A stretch of DNA of 64,000 nucleotides from an uncultured Nitrospinaceae bacterium (GCA_964005815.1 CAXFSR010000017.1:64001-128000), one strand, 5' to 3'; positions 39,533 through 49,926 are shown, counted from the stretch's first letter. The notes: generated by a model from the sequence alone, not told the origin. Translations and numbers: made by a program.

Positions 39533-40756
39533 ATGACGGAAATAACAAGTGGAATAGATAGCGATGTTAAAAAACTTGGCATTGAAGATGTAGATGTTTC
39601 TAACAAACATGTTTTGTTAAGAACTGACTTTAACGTCCCAATGGATGACCAAAATAATATCACTGATGATACCCGTCTTAGGTCCGTATTACCAACCATC
39701 AATTATTTGTTAGATTCAGGTTCAAAAATAATTATCCTATCGCATCTAGGTAGGCCGAAAGGAAAAGTAAATCCTAAACTAACTCTAGCCCCAGTCGCAA
39801 AAAGACTTAGCAGGCTTCTAGAAAAAGAATGCGCTATAGCACCTGAAGTAATTGGGAGTAAAGCAAAAAAAATGGTCGCAGAAATGGAAGGTTCAAGTAT
39901 ATTGATGTTGGAAAATGTCAGATTTCATCCAGGAGAAGAAGAAGACGATCAAGAATTTGCAAAAGAAATTTCTGATTTTGGAGACATTTACGTTAATGAC
40001 GCCTTTGGAAATGCTCATAGAAAACACGCCTCTATGTCATCAATTACAAAATTTGTACAACCTGCAGTAGCTGGGTATTTGATGATTAAAGAAGTGAATT
40101 ATCTAAAACGAGCTGTGGTAAATCCCATGAGACCTGTCGTTGCTATTCTTGGAGGTGCAAAAGCTAGTAGTAAAATAGGGATTATTGAGAAACTTCTAGG
40201 AAAAATGGATAAAATTATTATCGGTGGTGGTATGGCAGGTACTTTTCATAAAGCTATGGGATATGAAATGGGGAATTCACTTGTTGAAGAACATTTGATT
40301 GATACTGCCGAGTCTATTGTAAAGAAATCATCAGAATTGGGTATACATTTATATCTTCCTTGTGACTACGTAGTTGCAGATAAATTTGAGGGTGCAGCGG
40401 AAACTAAAGTAGTCCCTGCTCAAGAAATTCCTTCTGATTGGTTTGCATTAGATATCGGTCCAGCTACTACTGCCTTATATTCTGAAGTATTACAAGATGC
40501 AAAAACTATTGTTTGGAATGGCCCTATGGGCGTCTTTGAATTAGACGCTTTCAGTAGAGGAACCTATGCAATGGTAAATCACGTCGCAAATTCATATGCT
40601 TTAACTATTGTTGGAGGTGGAGATACTGATGTCGCTGTTCATAAAGCAGGTGAATCTAGAAGAATTTCATATATAAGTACAGGTGGGGGAGCTTTTCTAG
40701 AACTCTTAGAAGGAAAAGATTTACCGGGACTTGCCTCTCTAACTAATAAGGAATAA
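39533..40756 (+). CDS. pgk: Phosphoglycerate kinase
   Basis: DFNVP, SHLGRP, LENVRF, NDAFG.AHR.HAS, WNGPMGVFE, STGGGA. Confidence 0.97.
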   Translation: MTEITSGIDSDVKKLGIEDVDVSNKHVLLRTDFNVPMDDQNNITDDTRLRSVLPTINYLLDSGSKIIILSHLGRPKGKVNPKLTLAPVAKRLSRLLEKECAIAPEVIGSKAKKMVAEMEGSSILMLENVRFHPGEEEDDQEFAKEISDFGDIYVNDAFGNAHRKHASMSSITKFVQPAVAGYLMIKEVNYLKRAVVNPMRPVVAILGGAKASSKIGIIEKLLGKMDKIIIGGGMAGTFHKAMGYEMGNSLVEEHLIDTAESIVKKSSELGIHLYLPCDYVVADKFEGAAETKVVPAQEIPSDWFALDIGPATTALYSEVLQDAKTIVWNGPMGVFELDAFSRGTYAMVNHVANSYALTIVGGGDTDVAVHKAGESRRISYISTGGGAFLELLEGKDLPGLASLTNKE

Positions 40757-40774
40757 GGATATAAAGGATTTTTT

Positions 40775-41536
40775 ATGAGACGTGCAGTTGTTGCAGGAAA
40801 TTGGAAGATGAATACAAATTCAAAAGAAGCTCTGTCACTAACTCGTGGAATCATTGAAAAAACCGAAGATATAAAAAATGTTGATATTGTAATTGCTCCA
40901 CCTTTTTTAGGTATTCCTTCTCTTTCAAACATTTTGAATCAAACCAAAATAAGATTATGTGCTCAGAATTGCTCACATGAAAAAAACGGAGCACATACAG
41001 GGGAAGTTAGTGCATCAATGTTAAAACATGCAGGAGTGTCTCATGTTATTCTTGGACATAGCGAAAGAAGAGAAAATTTAGGAGAGAGTGACGAATTAAT
41101 AGCCAGAAAATTATCAGCGTCTATTGAAGAAGAGTTAGTACCAATCCTGTGCTTTGGAGAACCACTTTCCGCAAGAGAATCTGGTAAAGCGTTAACATAT
41201 GTAGAAACTCAGTTAAATATGAGCTTATTACAAGTTTTTGATCAACCTCCTAAAGACTTAATACTCGCCTATGAACCTATTTGGGCTATAGGTAGCGGAC
41301 AAACTGCTACTCCTGAACAAGCAGAGGAGATACACTCTTTTACTAGAGAAAATGTAGCAAATAAATATGGCAGTGATTATGCAAAAGAAATTAGAATACT
41401 CTACGGAGGAAGCGTTAAACCTGAAAACGCTTTGGAATTATTCCAACAACCTGATATAGATGGTGGATTAATTGGTGGAGCAAGTTTGCTTGCTAATGAT
41501 TTCACAAAAATAATTAAATCGGCTAGTAACATATGA
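40775..41536 (+). CDS. tpiA: Triosephosphate isomerase
   Basis: AGNWKMN, GHSERR, AYEPIWAIG, LYGGSV, LIGGASL. Confidence 0.97.
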   Translation: MRRAVVAGNWKMNTNSKEALSLTRGIIEKTEDIKNVDIVIAPPFLGIPSLSNILNQTKIRLCAQNCSHEKNGAHTGEVSASMLKHAGVSHVILGHSERRENLGESDELIARKLSASIEEELVPILCFGEPLSARESGKALTYVETQLNMSLLQVFDQPPKDLILAYEPIWAIGSGQTATPEQAEEIHSFTRENVANKYGSDYAKEIRILYGGSVKPENALELFQQPDIDGGLIGGASLLANDFTKIIKSASNI

Positions 41537-41559
41537 ATTAATAGAAAGAGAGAAATCGA

Positions 41560-41853
41560 ATGATTATAATAGTAACTATATTACATGTTGTTATAGCTAT
41601 TTTTTTAATACTAACGGTTCTGCTTCAAGCAGGAAAAGGTGCAGGCATAGGTGCTGCTTTTGGCGGGTCAAGTGATACAATGATGGGCGTTAGGGGTTCG
41701 ACTGGTCTTCTTGGAAAATTGACAGCAACTGCAGCTATACTTTTCATGGTTACTTCCTTACTACTATCATACTTAGCTGCATCAAACCCAAACGAGTCAA
41801 TCATAACAAACAAAGCAGCACAAACAGAGAAACAAAAGAACAGTTCTAAATAA
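41560..41853 (+). CDS. secG: Preprotein translocase subunit SecG
   Basis: VLLQAGKGAGIGAAFGG, two TMs, directly after tpiA. Confidence 0.93.
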   Translation: MIIIVTILHVVIAIFLILTVLLQAGKGAGIGAAFGGSSDTMMGVRGSTGLLGKLTATAAILFMVTSLLLSYLAASNPNESIITNKAAQTEKQKNSSK

Positions 41854-41882
41854 TACCTATCCATCTGCCCTAAAGGCTAGGG

Positions 41883-43919
41883 ATGATTGTAAAAAGAATT
41901 TTACTAATAACTCCTCTTATAATTATCTTTCTGCTTCTGCAATCTTTTTTCTGGGTTCCAAAATTTGACGAACAATTTCTAGGGCATGGAAAAAGACTGA
42001 CTCAATATATTCAGGGATCCATTGGCGACGCCCAAATCTTAAACCCAATTCTTCATGCAGATTCTTCAAGTGGAACTATAACAAATAAAATATTTGATGG
42101 ACTAATCGACAGAGACAGAGATCTAACTTACAGAGGAAGACTTGCAAAATCTTGGAAAATAATTGAAGAAGCCTTCTTTGTTCCAAATACAAAAACAAAC
42201 TCGGCAGAAAGAATCGCCAAAAAAATACAAACAGCTAAAAAAAATTTAAATCTTCCATGGCTAAACAATATTACTTCTATAAAAGTTATTCCTCCAAAAA
42301 GAATTAAAGTTTCACAGAATTCTTCGAATCAGAATAAATCAATTGAAATTTTTTACCCGAAAAGAATAAAACTAACCTTAAAAAAGGTTGATCAAGATTT
42401 GTTTGATAAAATCAGAAATAACTTCGATGAAAAGTTTATAGAAGATGACTATTCTTCTTTCAAGAAAGGATCTAAGAAAAAGAAAATAAAACTTACCGAA
42501 CATAATCCAATAATAATTTTTGAATTAAGACAAGGAGTCAAATTTCACGATGGGCATGAATTTGATGCAAAAGATGTTTTATTCACTTACAAATCGATTA
42601 TGGACAACAAGAACCTATCTCCGAGAAAATCAGATTTTGAGCCAATAAAAAACATTCAAATCATAAATAAAAGTAAAATTAAAATTAGATATAAAAGACT
42701 CTACTCTCCCGCTTTTGGTACTTGGTCAATAGGAATTTTACCAGAGCACCTTCTAAACAAGAAATCATTAAAAAAAGAGTTAATAGCAAGAAAAATCAAT
42801 AAAACTATTTTCTCTCTTCGTCTAAGCAAATTCAACAGAAACCCGATTGGAACAGGTCCATTCAAATTTAAAGAATGGAAAAGTGACGAATTAATAAAAC
42901 TAGAAAGAAATGATCAATATTGGGAAGGACCTCCAAATTACAGTGAATTTATTTATCGTATAATTCCAGATTCACTAACTCAAGAAATGGCCTTTTACAC
43001 AGGTACTATTGATAGTTATGGTGCAGGAGTACATCAAGTAAACAGACTAAAAAAAGACAAACGTTTTCAAGTTTTTTCTGGTTTATCTTTTGGGTATACA
43101 TATATAGGTTACAATATGAGAAGAGAACCTTTCAACGACCCTCGTGTTAGGAAAGCACTCGGTATGGCTATCAACACTAAGCAAATTCATGAATTTATTC
43201 TCAATAATCAAGCGGAAGATATTACTGGTCCATTTATAAAACAAGGACCACATTATAATAAATCTGTCAGGCCAATCCCATATGATCCAAAACAAGCGAT
43301 ACAACTTCTACATGAAGCCGGATGGAAAAGAAGGGGTGGTGTTTTAGTTAAAAATGGGAAAAAACTAAGTTTCAAACTTTTAACAAACCATGGCAATGAT
43401 ATCAGAAAATCGATTGCTACTGTAATACAGGATTCATGGAAAAGAATAGGTATTGCAGTCAGCTTTGACACAGTCGAATGGGCTGTTTTCATTAAAAAAC
43501 ATATTAACCAATTGAATTTCGATGCAGTTATTCTTGGATGGAGTTTAGGATTAGATCCTGACTTGTTCCAAATTTGGCATTCTAGTCAAACCAAAAAGGG
43601 GCAATTAAACTTTGTTGGATACAAAAACAAAAAAGCAGACGAACTCATTGTAAAAATTCGTCAAGAATATGACCTAAAAAAACAGATAAAATACGCGCAT
43701 GAACTTCATCAAATTATCGCTGCAGATCAACCATACACATTCTTATACAATTCTAAATGGACCGCACTTCTTGATAGAAAAATTGCAATACTACGAAAAT
43801 CAAAAAATGGACAACCCACTGCAAAAAAAATCACTGCCACAAAAACTGGTAGTTACTCTTTCGATTTTAACAAATGGATAAAATTTCCAACTACTCCTTC
43901 ATTTGAGAGTAAATTTTGA
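41883..43919 (+). CDS. Peptide/nickel ABC transporter substrate-binding protein (family 5)
   Basis: LNPIL, IFDGL, LRQGVKFHDG, PIGTGPFKF, DPRVRKAL, LDPD..QIWHS. Confidence 0.9.
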   Translation: MIVKRILLITPLIIIFLLLQSFFWVPKFDEQFLGHGKRLTQYIQGSIGDAQILNPILHADSSSGTITNKIFDGLIDRDRDLTYRGRLAKSWKIIEEAFFVPNTKTNSAERIAKKIQTAKKNLNLPWLNNITSIKVIPPKRIKVSQNSSNQNKSIEIFYPKRIKLTLKKVDQDLFDKIRNNFDEKFIEDDYSSFKKGSKKKKIKLTEHNPIIIFELRQGVKFHDGHEFDAKDVLFTYKSIMDNKNLSPRKSDFEPIKNIQIINKSKIKIRYKRLYSPAFGTWSIGILPEHLLNKKSLKKELIARKINKTIFSLRLSKFNRNPIGTGPFKFKEWKSDELIKLERNDQYWEGPPNYSEFIYRIIPDSLTQEMAFYTGTIDSYGAGVHQVNRLKKDKRFQVFSGLSFGYTYIGYNMRREPFNDPRVRKALGMAINTKQIHEFILNNQAEDITGPFIKQGPHYNKSVRPIPYDPKQAIQLLHEAGWKRRGGVLVKNGKKLSFKLLTNHGNDIRKSIATVIQDSWKRIGIAVSFDTVEWAVFIKKHINQLNFDAVILGWSLGLDPDLFQIWHSSQTKKGQLNFVGYKNKKADELIVKIRQEYDLKKQIKYAHELHQIIAADQPYTFLYNSKWTALLDRKIAILRKSKNGQPTAKKITATKTGSYSFDFNKWIKFPTTPSFESKF

Positions 43920-44875
43920 TTACCTTTTTAATTAGAACATGCTTATTTAAATTAGTTACGCTAATTATAATATCTATAGTTAGTTTTTTAATTATTCATC
44001 TTGCTCCGGGCGAACCCAGTCAAATAGACCCTTTAAATCCCCGCTTTCAGAAAGAAGATTTAGAGAGATATAGAAAAACTTTCAATTTGGACAAGCCACT
44101 TCACATTCAATATTTTCTTTTCTATAAGAAATTCTTTTCCGGCAAATTACGAAGTTTTAAGGATAACCAACCTGTTTTTCCAAAAATCTGGGAACGTTTC
44201 ATGAACAGCCTTCCCCTTTTTATCGTAGGTACTATTTTAACTTGGGGGTTAGCTTTTCCTTTAGGAGTTAGCTCATCATTAAAACAAGACTCCTTAATTG
44301 ACAAAGGAACTACTTTTTGTAGCTATCTATTAATTTCGATGCCAAGTTTTTTCTTAGCCTATCTCCTTATTATAGGAACCGTTCATTTTCTGGAAACTCC
44401 TGTATTAGGGATACAAACTTTCGGACAAGAAGATTCTTCTTTTTTATTTAAAATAAATGACCGTATTTGGCATCTAGTTTTACCTAGCTTACTTGGAGCA
44501 AGCGCAGGAATAGCTGTTTTATCAAGATACGTTCGTGCTCAGATGCTAGAGGTAATTAATCAGGATTTTACACAAACAGCTCATTCTAAAGGATTATCTC
44601 AAGAAAGAGTATATTATATCCATGTACTGCGTAATGCAGCACTCCCTTTTGTTACAATGTTTGGACTTATTTTGCCAAGTCTTATTGGTGGCTCCGTAAT
44701 CATCGAATCTATTTTCGCTTGGCCTGGAATGGGAAGACTAGCTTTTGAAGCAATTCTCACAAGGGATTATCCTATCATCCTTAGTCTTAATTTTATTTCT
44801 GCGGTTCTAGTAGTCCTCGGGACGTTCATATCTGATATTCTTCTAGTTGTCGTTGATCCGAGGATAAGACTATGA
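43916..44875 (+). CDS. Peptide ABC transporter permease (OppB/DppB-like)
   Basis: HLAPG.P, SRYVRAQMLEV, TAHSKGL, HVLRNA, IESIFAWPGMG, RDYP, DPRI. Confidence 0.92.
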   Translation: MITFLIRTCLFKLVTLIIISIVSFLIIHLAPGEPSQIDPLNPRFQKEDLERYRKTFNLDKPLHIQYFLFYKKFFSGKLRSFKDNQPVFPKIWERFMNSLPLFIVGTILTWGLAFPLGVSSSLKQDSLIDKGTTFCSYLLISMPSFFLAYLLIIGTVHFLETPVLGIQTFGQEDSSFLFKINDRIWHLVLPSLLGASAGIAVLSRYVRAQMLEVINQDFTQTAHSKGLSQERVYYIHVLRNAALPFVTMFGLILPSLIGGSVIIESIFAWPGMGRLAFEAILTRDYPIILSLNFISAVLVVLGTFISDILLVVVDPRIRL

Positions 44876-46230
44876 GTTCTATTTCTAAAGATTTGAATGA
44901 ATTGTTTGACAAATCACAAATCAAAAACCAATCTCTGCGAGGACGTGCCTGGGAAAATCTAAGAAAAAATAGAACTGGAATATTAGCCGGAACCACTCTT
45001 GTTTTTTTCTTTTTATTAGCACTTCTTGGATTAATTAACTTATCTAGCAATGAACCATTCTTTAATTCTAGTCAAATAAGGTTACCCGATAAATTAAAAC
45101 CACCTTTATCTTTACCAAATTCTAAAATCCTATCTTCAAATGAAATTCCACGTTTTGGAATTTACCTTTTTGGCACCGATTCTTTAGGAAGAGATGTTTT
45201 CTCTCGAATTCTGGAAGGAACCACGATTTCAATTGCAGTAGGTTTCGTATCTGTTGGCATATCAACCATTTTAGGTATTTTGATAGGTGGATTAGCGGGA
45301 TATTATGGAGAAACTAAGATCAGAGGTACTTCTATAATTACTTCAATTTTAATTTTATGTATAGGACTTTTCGTATGGAACAACTTCGGTTTTGTATTTT
45401 TTCTTATTGCCATCTTTGGGAGTATTCTCAGTTTTATCTATAGCAAAGAAAGAAATATTTTTTTAGGTTTTTGCATTGCTACTTTATTGTCTATTGTCTC
45501 AATCTCACCTTTTGATTCTTTCATTTCTTCTCAAACAGTTAACACTACTACAATCTTTCTGCAAAAATTAGTAGGCATACCACTCTTAGTTCTATTAGGG
45601 ATCCTAGGTATTTTTTACGGAAAACAACTAAGAGAAAAGAACTTTAGAAAAGATAGTTCTTTCAAGAAAAAGATTTTTTCTTTTCTTGAAAAAATTAGTC
45701 TCCCAAAAATTGACGTCATTTACACAATTATCGTAGATGTACAAATATCATTCCCAACATTTTTTCTTATATTAACAGTGATTGCACTTCTTCCTCCAAG
45801 CATTTGGAATATTATGATAGTTATAGGGTTAACCAGTTGGGTCGGGGTAGCCCGTTTTGTTCGTGCAGAGATTTTATCGTTGAGAGAACAACCTTTCGTA
45901 GAATCTGCTAAAGCGATAGGACAAAGTGACAAGAAGATAATCCTTTTATATCTAATTCCCAATTCTCTTGCGCCTGTTCTTGTATCCGCAACGCTTGGAG
46001 TTGCGGGTGCCATTTTAACTGAGGCCGGTTTAAGTTTTTTAGGATTTGGTGTTCCTCCGCCTCAGGCTAGCTGGGGAAATATTTTGTCGGATGGAAAACA
46101 ATACCTTTTTGATGCTCCCTGGCTAACATTAATTCCAGGTTTTTCTATTCTAATATTAATGTTATCTTTTAATCTCTTTGGTGAAGCTCTCAAAGATGCT
46201 TTTGATCCAAGAAAAAACAAAAAAATATGA
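44872..46230 (+). CDS. Peptide ABC transporter permease (OppC/DppC-like) with membrane insertion
   Basis: FGTDSLGRDVFSR, ARFVRAE, FVESAKAIG, EAGLSFLGFG, SWG, FNLFGEAL.DAFDP. Confidence 0.9.
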   Translation: MSSISKDLNELFDKSQIKNQSLRGRAWENLRKNRTGILAGTTLVFFFLLALLGLINLSSNEPFFNSSQIRLPDKLKPPLSLPNSKILSSNEIPRFGIYLFGTDSLGRDVFSRILEGTTISIAVGFVSVGISTILGILIGGLAGYYGETKIRGTSIITSILILCIGLFVWNNFGFVFFLIAIFGSILSFIYSKERNIFLGFCIATLLSIVSISPFDSFISSQTVNTTTIFLQKLVGIPLLVLLGILGIFYGKQLREKNFRKDSSFKKKIFSFLEKISLPKIDVIYTIIVDVQISFPTFFLILTVIALLPPSIWNIMIVIGLTSWVGVARFVRAEILSLREQPFVESAKAIGQSDKKIILLYLIPNSLAPVLVSATLGVAGAILTEAGLSFLGFGVPPPQASWGNILSDGKQYLFDAPWLTLIPGFSILILMLSFNLFGEALKDAFDPRKNKKI

Positions 46231-46324
46231 ACTCGAAATTTTAAAAAAGTCGTATTTATTTGCAGTGAAATAGAAACATAAGGTAGATTTACACAGTTCT
46301 ATAAATATTCACTTCTCTATTATT

Positions 46325-46411
46325 GCCCAAGTGGTGGAATTGGTAGACACGCTAGCTTGAGGGGCTAGTGGGGGAAACTCCGTGTCGGTTCGAGTCCGGC
46401 CTTGGGCACCA
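46325..46411 (+). tRNA. tRNA-Leu (anticodon GAG), CCA encoded
   Basis: Acceptor GCCCAAG/CTTGGGC-A-CCA, D arm GGTGGAATTGGTAGACAC, anticodon arm CTAGC-TTGAGGG-GCTAG, long variable arm, T arm GTCGG-TTCGAGT-CCGGC. Confidence 0.97.
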
Positions 46412-46448
46412 AGACTTCTCTAATCTAAAAAAGAAAAAATCACTTTAA

Positions 46449-47624
46449 TTAAGGGTTCAATTTTTTCTTTAACCAATCAGAAATATAGGTAACGCCTAAT
46501 GAAAGATTATCTCTTTGACAATGCTGGGAACCACCTTCCTTAACCGAAAATATTTTTAAAGTTTTATCTTTTGAACCGACTGCGTTAAATAGTAGCTTTG
46601 CATCTCGGGTTGAAACCTGCTTGTCATCTATCCCATGTGTTAAAAGGAAAGGACATCTCATTTTTTGCACTACGCCATCTAACCTAAAACCTTCTAATTT
46701 TTCAAAAGTTTCATCATAATTCTTTGTATTAAAAACCCATAGAATATGATGACCTGGCACAGATAGTTCTGTTTTCATCGAAGCAGCAACACGTTTTTTC
46801 CATTGAGCGTGATAATCCCAGCAGGCACCCCAAGCCACACATGCCTTATATCTTTTCTCCATACTTGCTATTCTTGGGGCATAGTATCCACCTAAACTTA
46901 TTGCTACTACTCCTACTTTTTTTGAATTTACATCTTTTCTTGATTCCAGATAATCCATTGCAGCTGATCCAGCAACTTCGTAATCATATCTAAGATATTG
47001 CTTCCTAAAACGAATTGCTTCTCCTGTTCCGGGACCATCCATTACAAGACAACTCATCCCTCTTCTTACTATTTCCTCAACACCCCTACAGTATTGTATC
47101 TCTTTTGTTATATCTAACCCGTCAAAATACACTACGACCGGCGGTTTCGATTTTTTGGTATTCTCAGCGTGAACAAAATATCCCGGCAAAGAAGTTCCAT
47201 TTTCGAACGGAATTTCTACAGGCTCAATCTTGGGACGATCAGTTAATCTTGCAAAACGTTTAAAACTATCTAAAGCAAGCTTATAAGCTGCTTTTGCTTT
47301 CGCATCTTTTGGAGTTCTATACCTTTCTCCAATCTGATAATACATTGCTGCACGTTTGTGATGGTATGAAGCTGAAAAATTATTTTTTTTACGTTCTTCT
47401 GAAATAGCTAGTTTCCTAACTTTATCAGCCATTTTTATCCACTCACGAAACCATAATGCATCATTGCCTACATCCTTTTTGAGTTTTCTACCTACTTGAT
47501 CAACCTCTCCTATATCTGCACCTCCCCATGGAGCAACAGACAAACAATTGACGAGACCTGACGACCACCTATAGTCTTCAGGAAAATAAGTAAACCATCT
47601 GTTATTTGCTGGGGCTTCTGGCAT
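46449..47624 (-). CDS. Alpha/beta hydrolase, FrsA/2,6-dihydroxypseudooxynicotine hydrolase-like
   Basis: DGLDITKE, DGPGTG, AISLGGYYAPR, HGIDD, GGSQHC. Confidence 0.83.
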   Translation of the reverse strand: MPEAPANNRWFTYFPEDYRWSSGLVNCLSVAPWGGADIGEVDQVGRKLKKDVGNDALWFREWIKMADKVRKLAISEERKKNNFSASYHHKRAAMYYQIGERYRTPKDAKAKAAYKLALDSFKRFARLTDRPKIEPVEIPFENGTSLPGYFVHAENTKKSKPPVVVYFDGLDITKEIQYCRGVEEIVRRGMSCLVMDGPGTGEAIRFRKQYLRYDYEVAGSAAMDYLESRKDVNSKKVGVVAISLGGYYAPRIASMEKRYKACVAWGACWDYHAQWKKRVAASMKTELSVPGHHILWVFNTKNYDETFEKLEGFRLDGVVQKMRCPFLLTHGIDDKQVSTRDAKLLFNAVGSKDKTLKIFSVKEGGSQHCQRDNLSLGVTYISDWLKKKLNP

Positions 47625-47646
47625 TTATAGTTCTCCTTTGAAAAAA

Positions 47647-48678
47647 TTAAGCCAATTTTTTAGACTCTTTTTTGAGAGCAGGGACAACCTCCTCAGAAAA
47701 AAGACGCATGCTCTGTAATGTAGTAGAATAAGGCATTCCAATCCAACTTGTTCTAATAATCAAATGATTCACTCCCATGTGCAAATAAGGTAACAACCCC
47801 TCATAACACTCTTCAGGAGAACCTAATACGAATCTATCCTTCATTAATTCTTCAAATGGCAGATCATCCCATGAAATCTCATCATCAGGAAGCGCTTTAT
47901 CTTGACCAGTCCTTGCATAATCAGCATATTTCGACTCTAAAAAAGGTCTCGCCATTTCCAAAGCTGTTTTTTTATCCTTTGCGCAAAAAACTTCTTTAAT
48001 ACATGGAAGTTCTTTTGGGAAAGGCTTCCCTATACTATCAAGTTCTGACCTATATAATTGCATTTGCCTATCAATAGTTTGAGTAGTGGCATGTGGGTTA
48101 ATAAACAGTGTATCCCCTAAATGTGCAGCTCTTTTAACTGCAGGGTCGCTATTTGCCGCAAACCAAATTGGAGGATACGGTTTTTGAATTGGTCGCATGT
48201 TAAGTTTAACTTTATCAAGTACACAATAATCACTCTCAAATGAAACTTCGTCTTCTGTCCAAAGTCTTTTCACCAAATCCAGACAATCCAAAAATCGTTT
48301 TAATCTTTGCCCCTTTGGAACCCCCAACGCATCAAATTCTACATCCCTATATCCTAGACCTACACCAAAAGCCATATTTCCTTCTGCGATGACATCCATA
48401 GTAGCAACAGTCTCCGCGAGAAAAACAGGATTGAGAAGATTAATCAATAAAACTCCAATACCGAGAGTCATGTGACCAGCTTCCGCTTTTAATCTAGAAA
48501 GTACAGGAATATTCTGGAGCATTTGAATATCTTCTTCACAAAGGTAATGTTGTCCCGTAAAAAAGGAATCCCATCCTTGATCACGTGCGTATTGCACTAA
48601 TTTAATTTGTTCATTTAAAGCAGTAACCGAATCGGTTCCCGAAGGTTTTTGCGACGATATAAAATATCCTATCTTCAT
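47647..48678 (-). CDS. LLM-class (luciferase-like) flavin-dependent oxidoreductase
   Basis: GQHY, NPVFLAETVATMD, GVGLGYR..EF, PIQKPYPPIW, VKRAA; start moved to ATG 48678 behind GGGGG. Confidence 0.88.
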   Translation of the reverse strand: MKIGYFISSQKPSGTDSVTALNEQIKLVQYARDQGWDSFFTGQHYLCEEDIQMLQNIPVLSRLKAEAGHMTLGIGVLLINLLNPVFLAETVATMDVIAEGNMAFGVGLGYRDVEFDALGVPKGQRLKRFLDCLDLVKRLWTEDEVSFESDYCVLDKVKLNMRPIQKPYPPIWFAANSDPAVKRAAHLGDTLFINPHATTQTIDRQMQLYRSELDSIGKPFPKELPCIKEVFCAKDKKTALEMARPFLESKYADYARTGQDKALPDDEISWDDLPFEELMKDRFVLGSPEECYEGLLPYLHMGVNHLIIRTSWIGMPYSTTLQSMRLFSEEVVPALKKESKKLA

Positions 48679-48703
48679 ATTTCCCCCACTAAAATAATAT
48701 TTT

Positions 48704-49879
48704 CTAGAACAGCTTTTCTTTAAGCCAATCGCCCATATAATCAACAACTGGAGACAAATAATCAAGGTGGCAATGTTGTGAACCACCTTCTCTGCCATCA
48801 AAAATCTTTAATGTTTTATCCTTGGAACCGCATGCACGGAAAAGTGCTTTAGCATCTTTCAGTGGTATCTGTTGATCATCAACGCCATGAACCAGCAAAT
48901 ATGGACATCTCATTTTCTGTACAATTCCATCTAATCTGAATCCTTCAAGTTTTTTTAGAGCTTCATCAAGAGTTTTCACATTAAAACTCCAAGTGAGATG
49001 ATGTCCTGGCACAGGCAATTGAGACTTAAACGCGGCATCTATTCTTCGTTTCCATGTAGCATAATAATCCCATATAGCACCCCAGGCGACACAAGCCTTA
49101 AAACGTTTTTCCATACTTGCCGTTCGAGAAGCATAATATCCTCCCAAACTTGGAGCTACGATAGCAACTTTTTTTGAATTTACATCTGAACGTTTCTCTA
49201 GATAGTCTAAAGTAGCAGTCCCAGCAACTTCATAATCGTAACGTAAGAAAATATTACGGAAACGAATTGATTCTCCTACTCCAGGACTATCAACAATAAG
49301 GCAATTCATTCCTCTTCTTGTAAACGCATCTGCAGCCCAATGAAAACTCATTTCCTTAGTGCCATCAAAACCATTATATAGAACTACAACAGGAGACTTC
49401 GTCTTTTTACTTCCACTTGCAGGAACAAAGTAAGCTGGAAGTTTTTTGTTTTTTTCAAAAGGGATATTCACGACTTCTAACTTAGGCGAATCAGTCAATT
49501 TAGCAAAATTTTTAAAACATTTGATAGATTCTTTATAAATTTCCAAGGCTTTTTTATCTTTAGGAAATTTAAAACGATCTGCCATTTGATAATAATTTGA
49601 TGACCGCTTATATAAAGAAGCCGCTGTCAAATTGTGCTTATTCCTTTTTTCCAATTCTGCTTTTTTTTGAAGTCTATCTGCCATGCGGACCCACTCTTTA
49701 AACCATTTCCTATCATCTCCAACTGATGAGATAAGATTTCTGCAGATCTGTTCTACCTCCCCCATCTCAGATGCACCAGAGCAACAACCGGCAATTGCAG
49801 CAACAGTATTAAACGACCATCTATAATCTGTAGGAAAATAAGTAAACCATTCTTTATTTCTTACTGCTTTGACGACCAT
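48704..49879 (-). CDS. Alpha/beta hydrolase, FrsA/2,6-dihydroxypseudooxynicotine hydrolase-like
   Basis: NGFDGTKE, DSPGVG, APSLGGYYASR, HGVDD, GGSQHC; paralog of 46449..47624. Confidence 0.83.
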   Translation of the reverse strand: MVVKAVRNKEWFTYFPTDYRWSFNTVAAIAGCCSGASEMGEVEQICRNLISSVGDDRKWFKEWVRMADRLQKKAELEKRNKHNLTAASLYKRSSNYYQMADRFKFPKDKKALEIYKESIKCFKNFAKLTDSPKLEVVNIPFEKNKKLPAYFVPASGSKKTKSPVVVLYNGFDGTKEMSFHWAADAFTRRGMNCLIVDSPGVGESIRFRNIFLRYDYEVAGTATLDYLEKRSDVNSKKVAIVAPSLGGYYASRTASMEKRFKACVAWGAIWDYYATWKRRIDAAFKSQLPVPGHHLTWSFNVKTLDEALKKLEGFRLDGIVQKMRCPYLLVHGVDDQQIPLKDAKALFRACGSKDKTLKIFDGREGGSQHCHLDYLSPVVDYMGDWLKEKLF

Positions 49880-49926
49880 CTATCCTCCTCCAATGTCTCT
49901 AGTTATCTGTATAAAACTAAAAATAA

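Noticed and set aside
48679..48801. Tracked N-terminal extension of the LLM gene (similar extensions on gap, hydantoinase A, yqeY and the second ligase)
   Set aside because: Overlap with upstream genes or no homology; downstream starts fit the family N-termini, in several cases with a clear RBS
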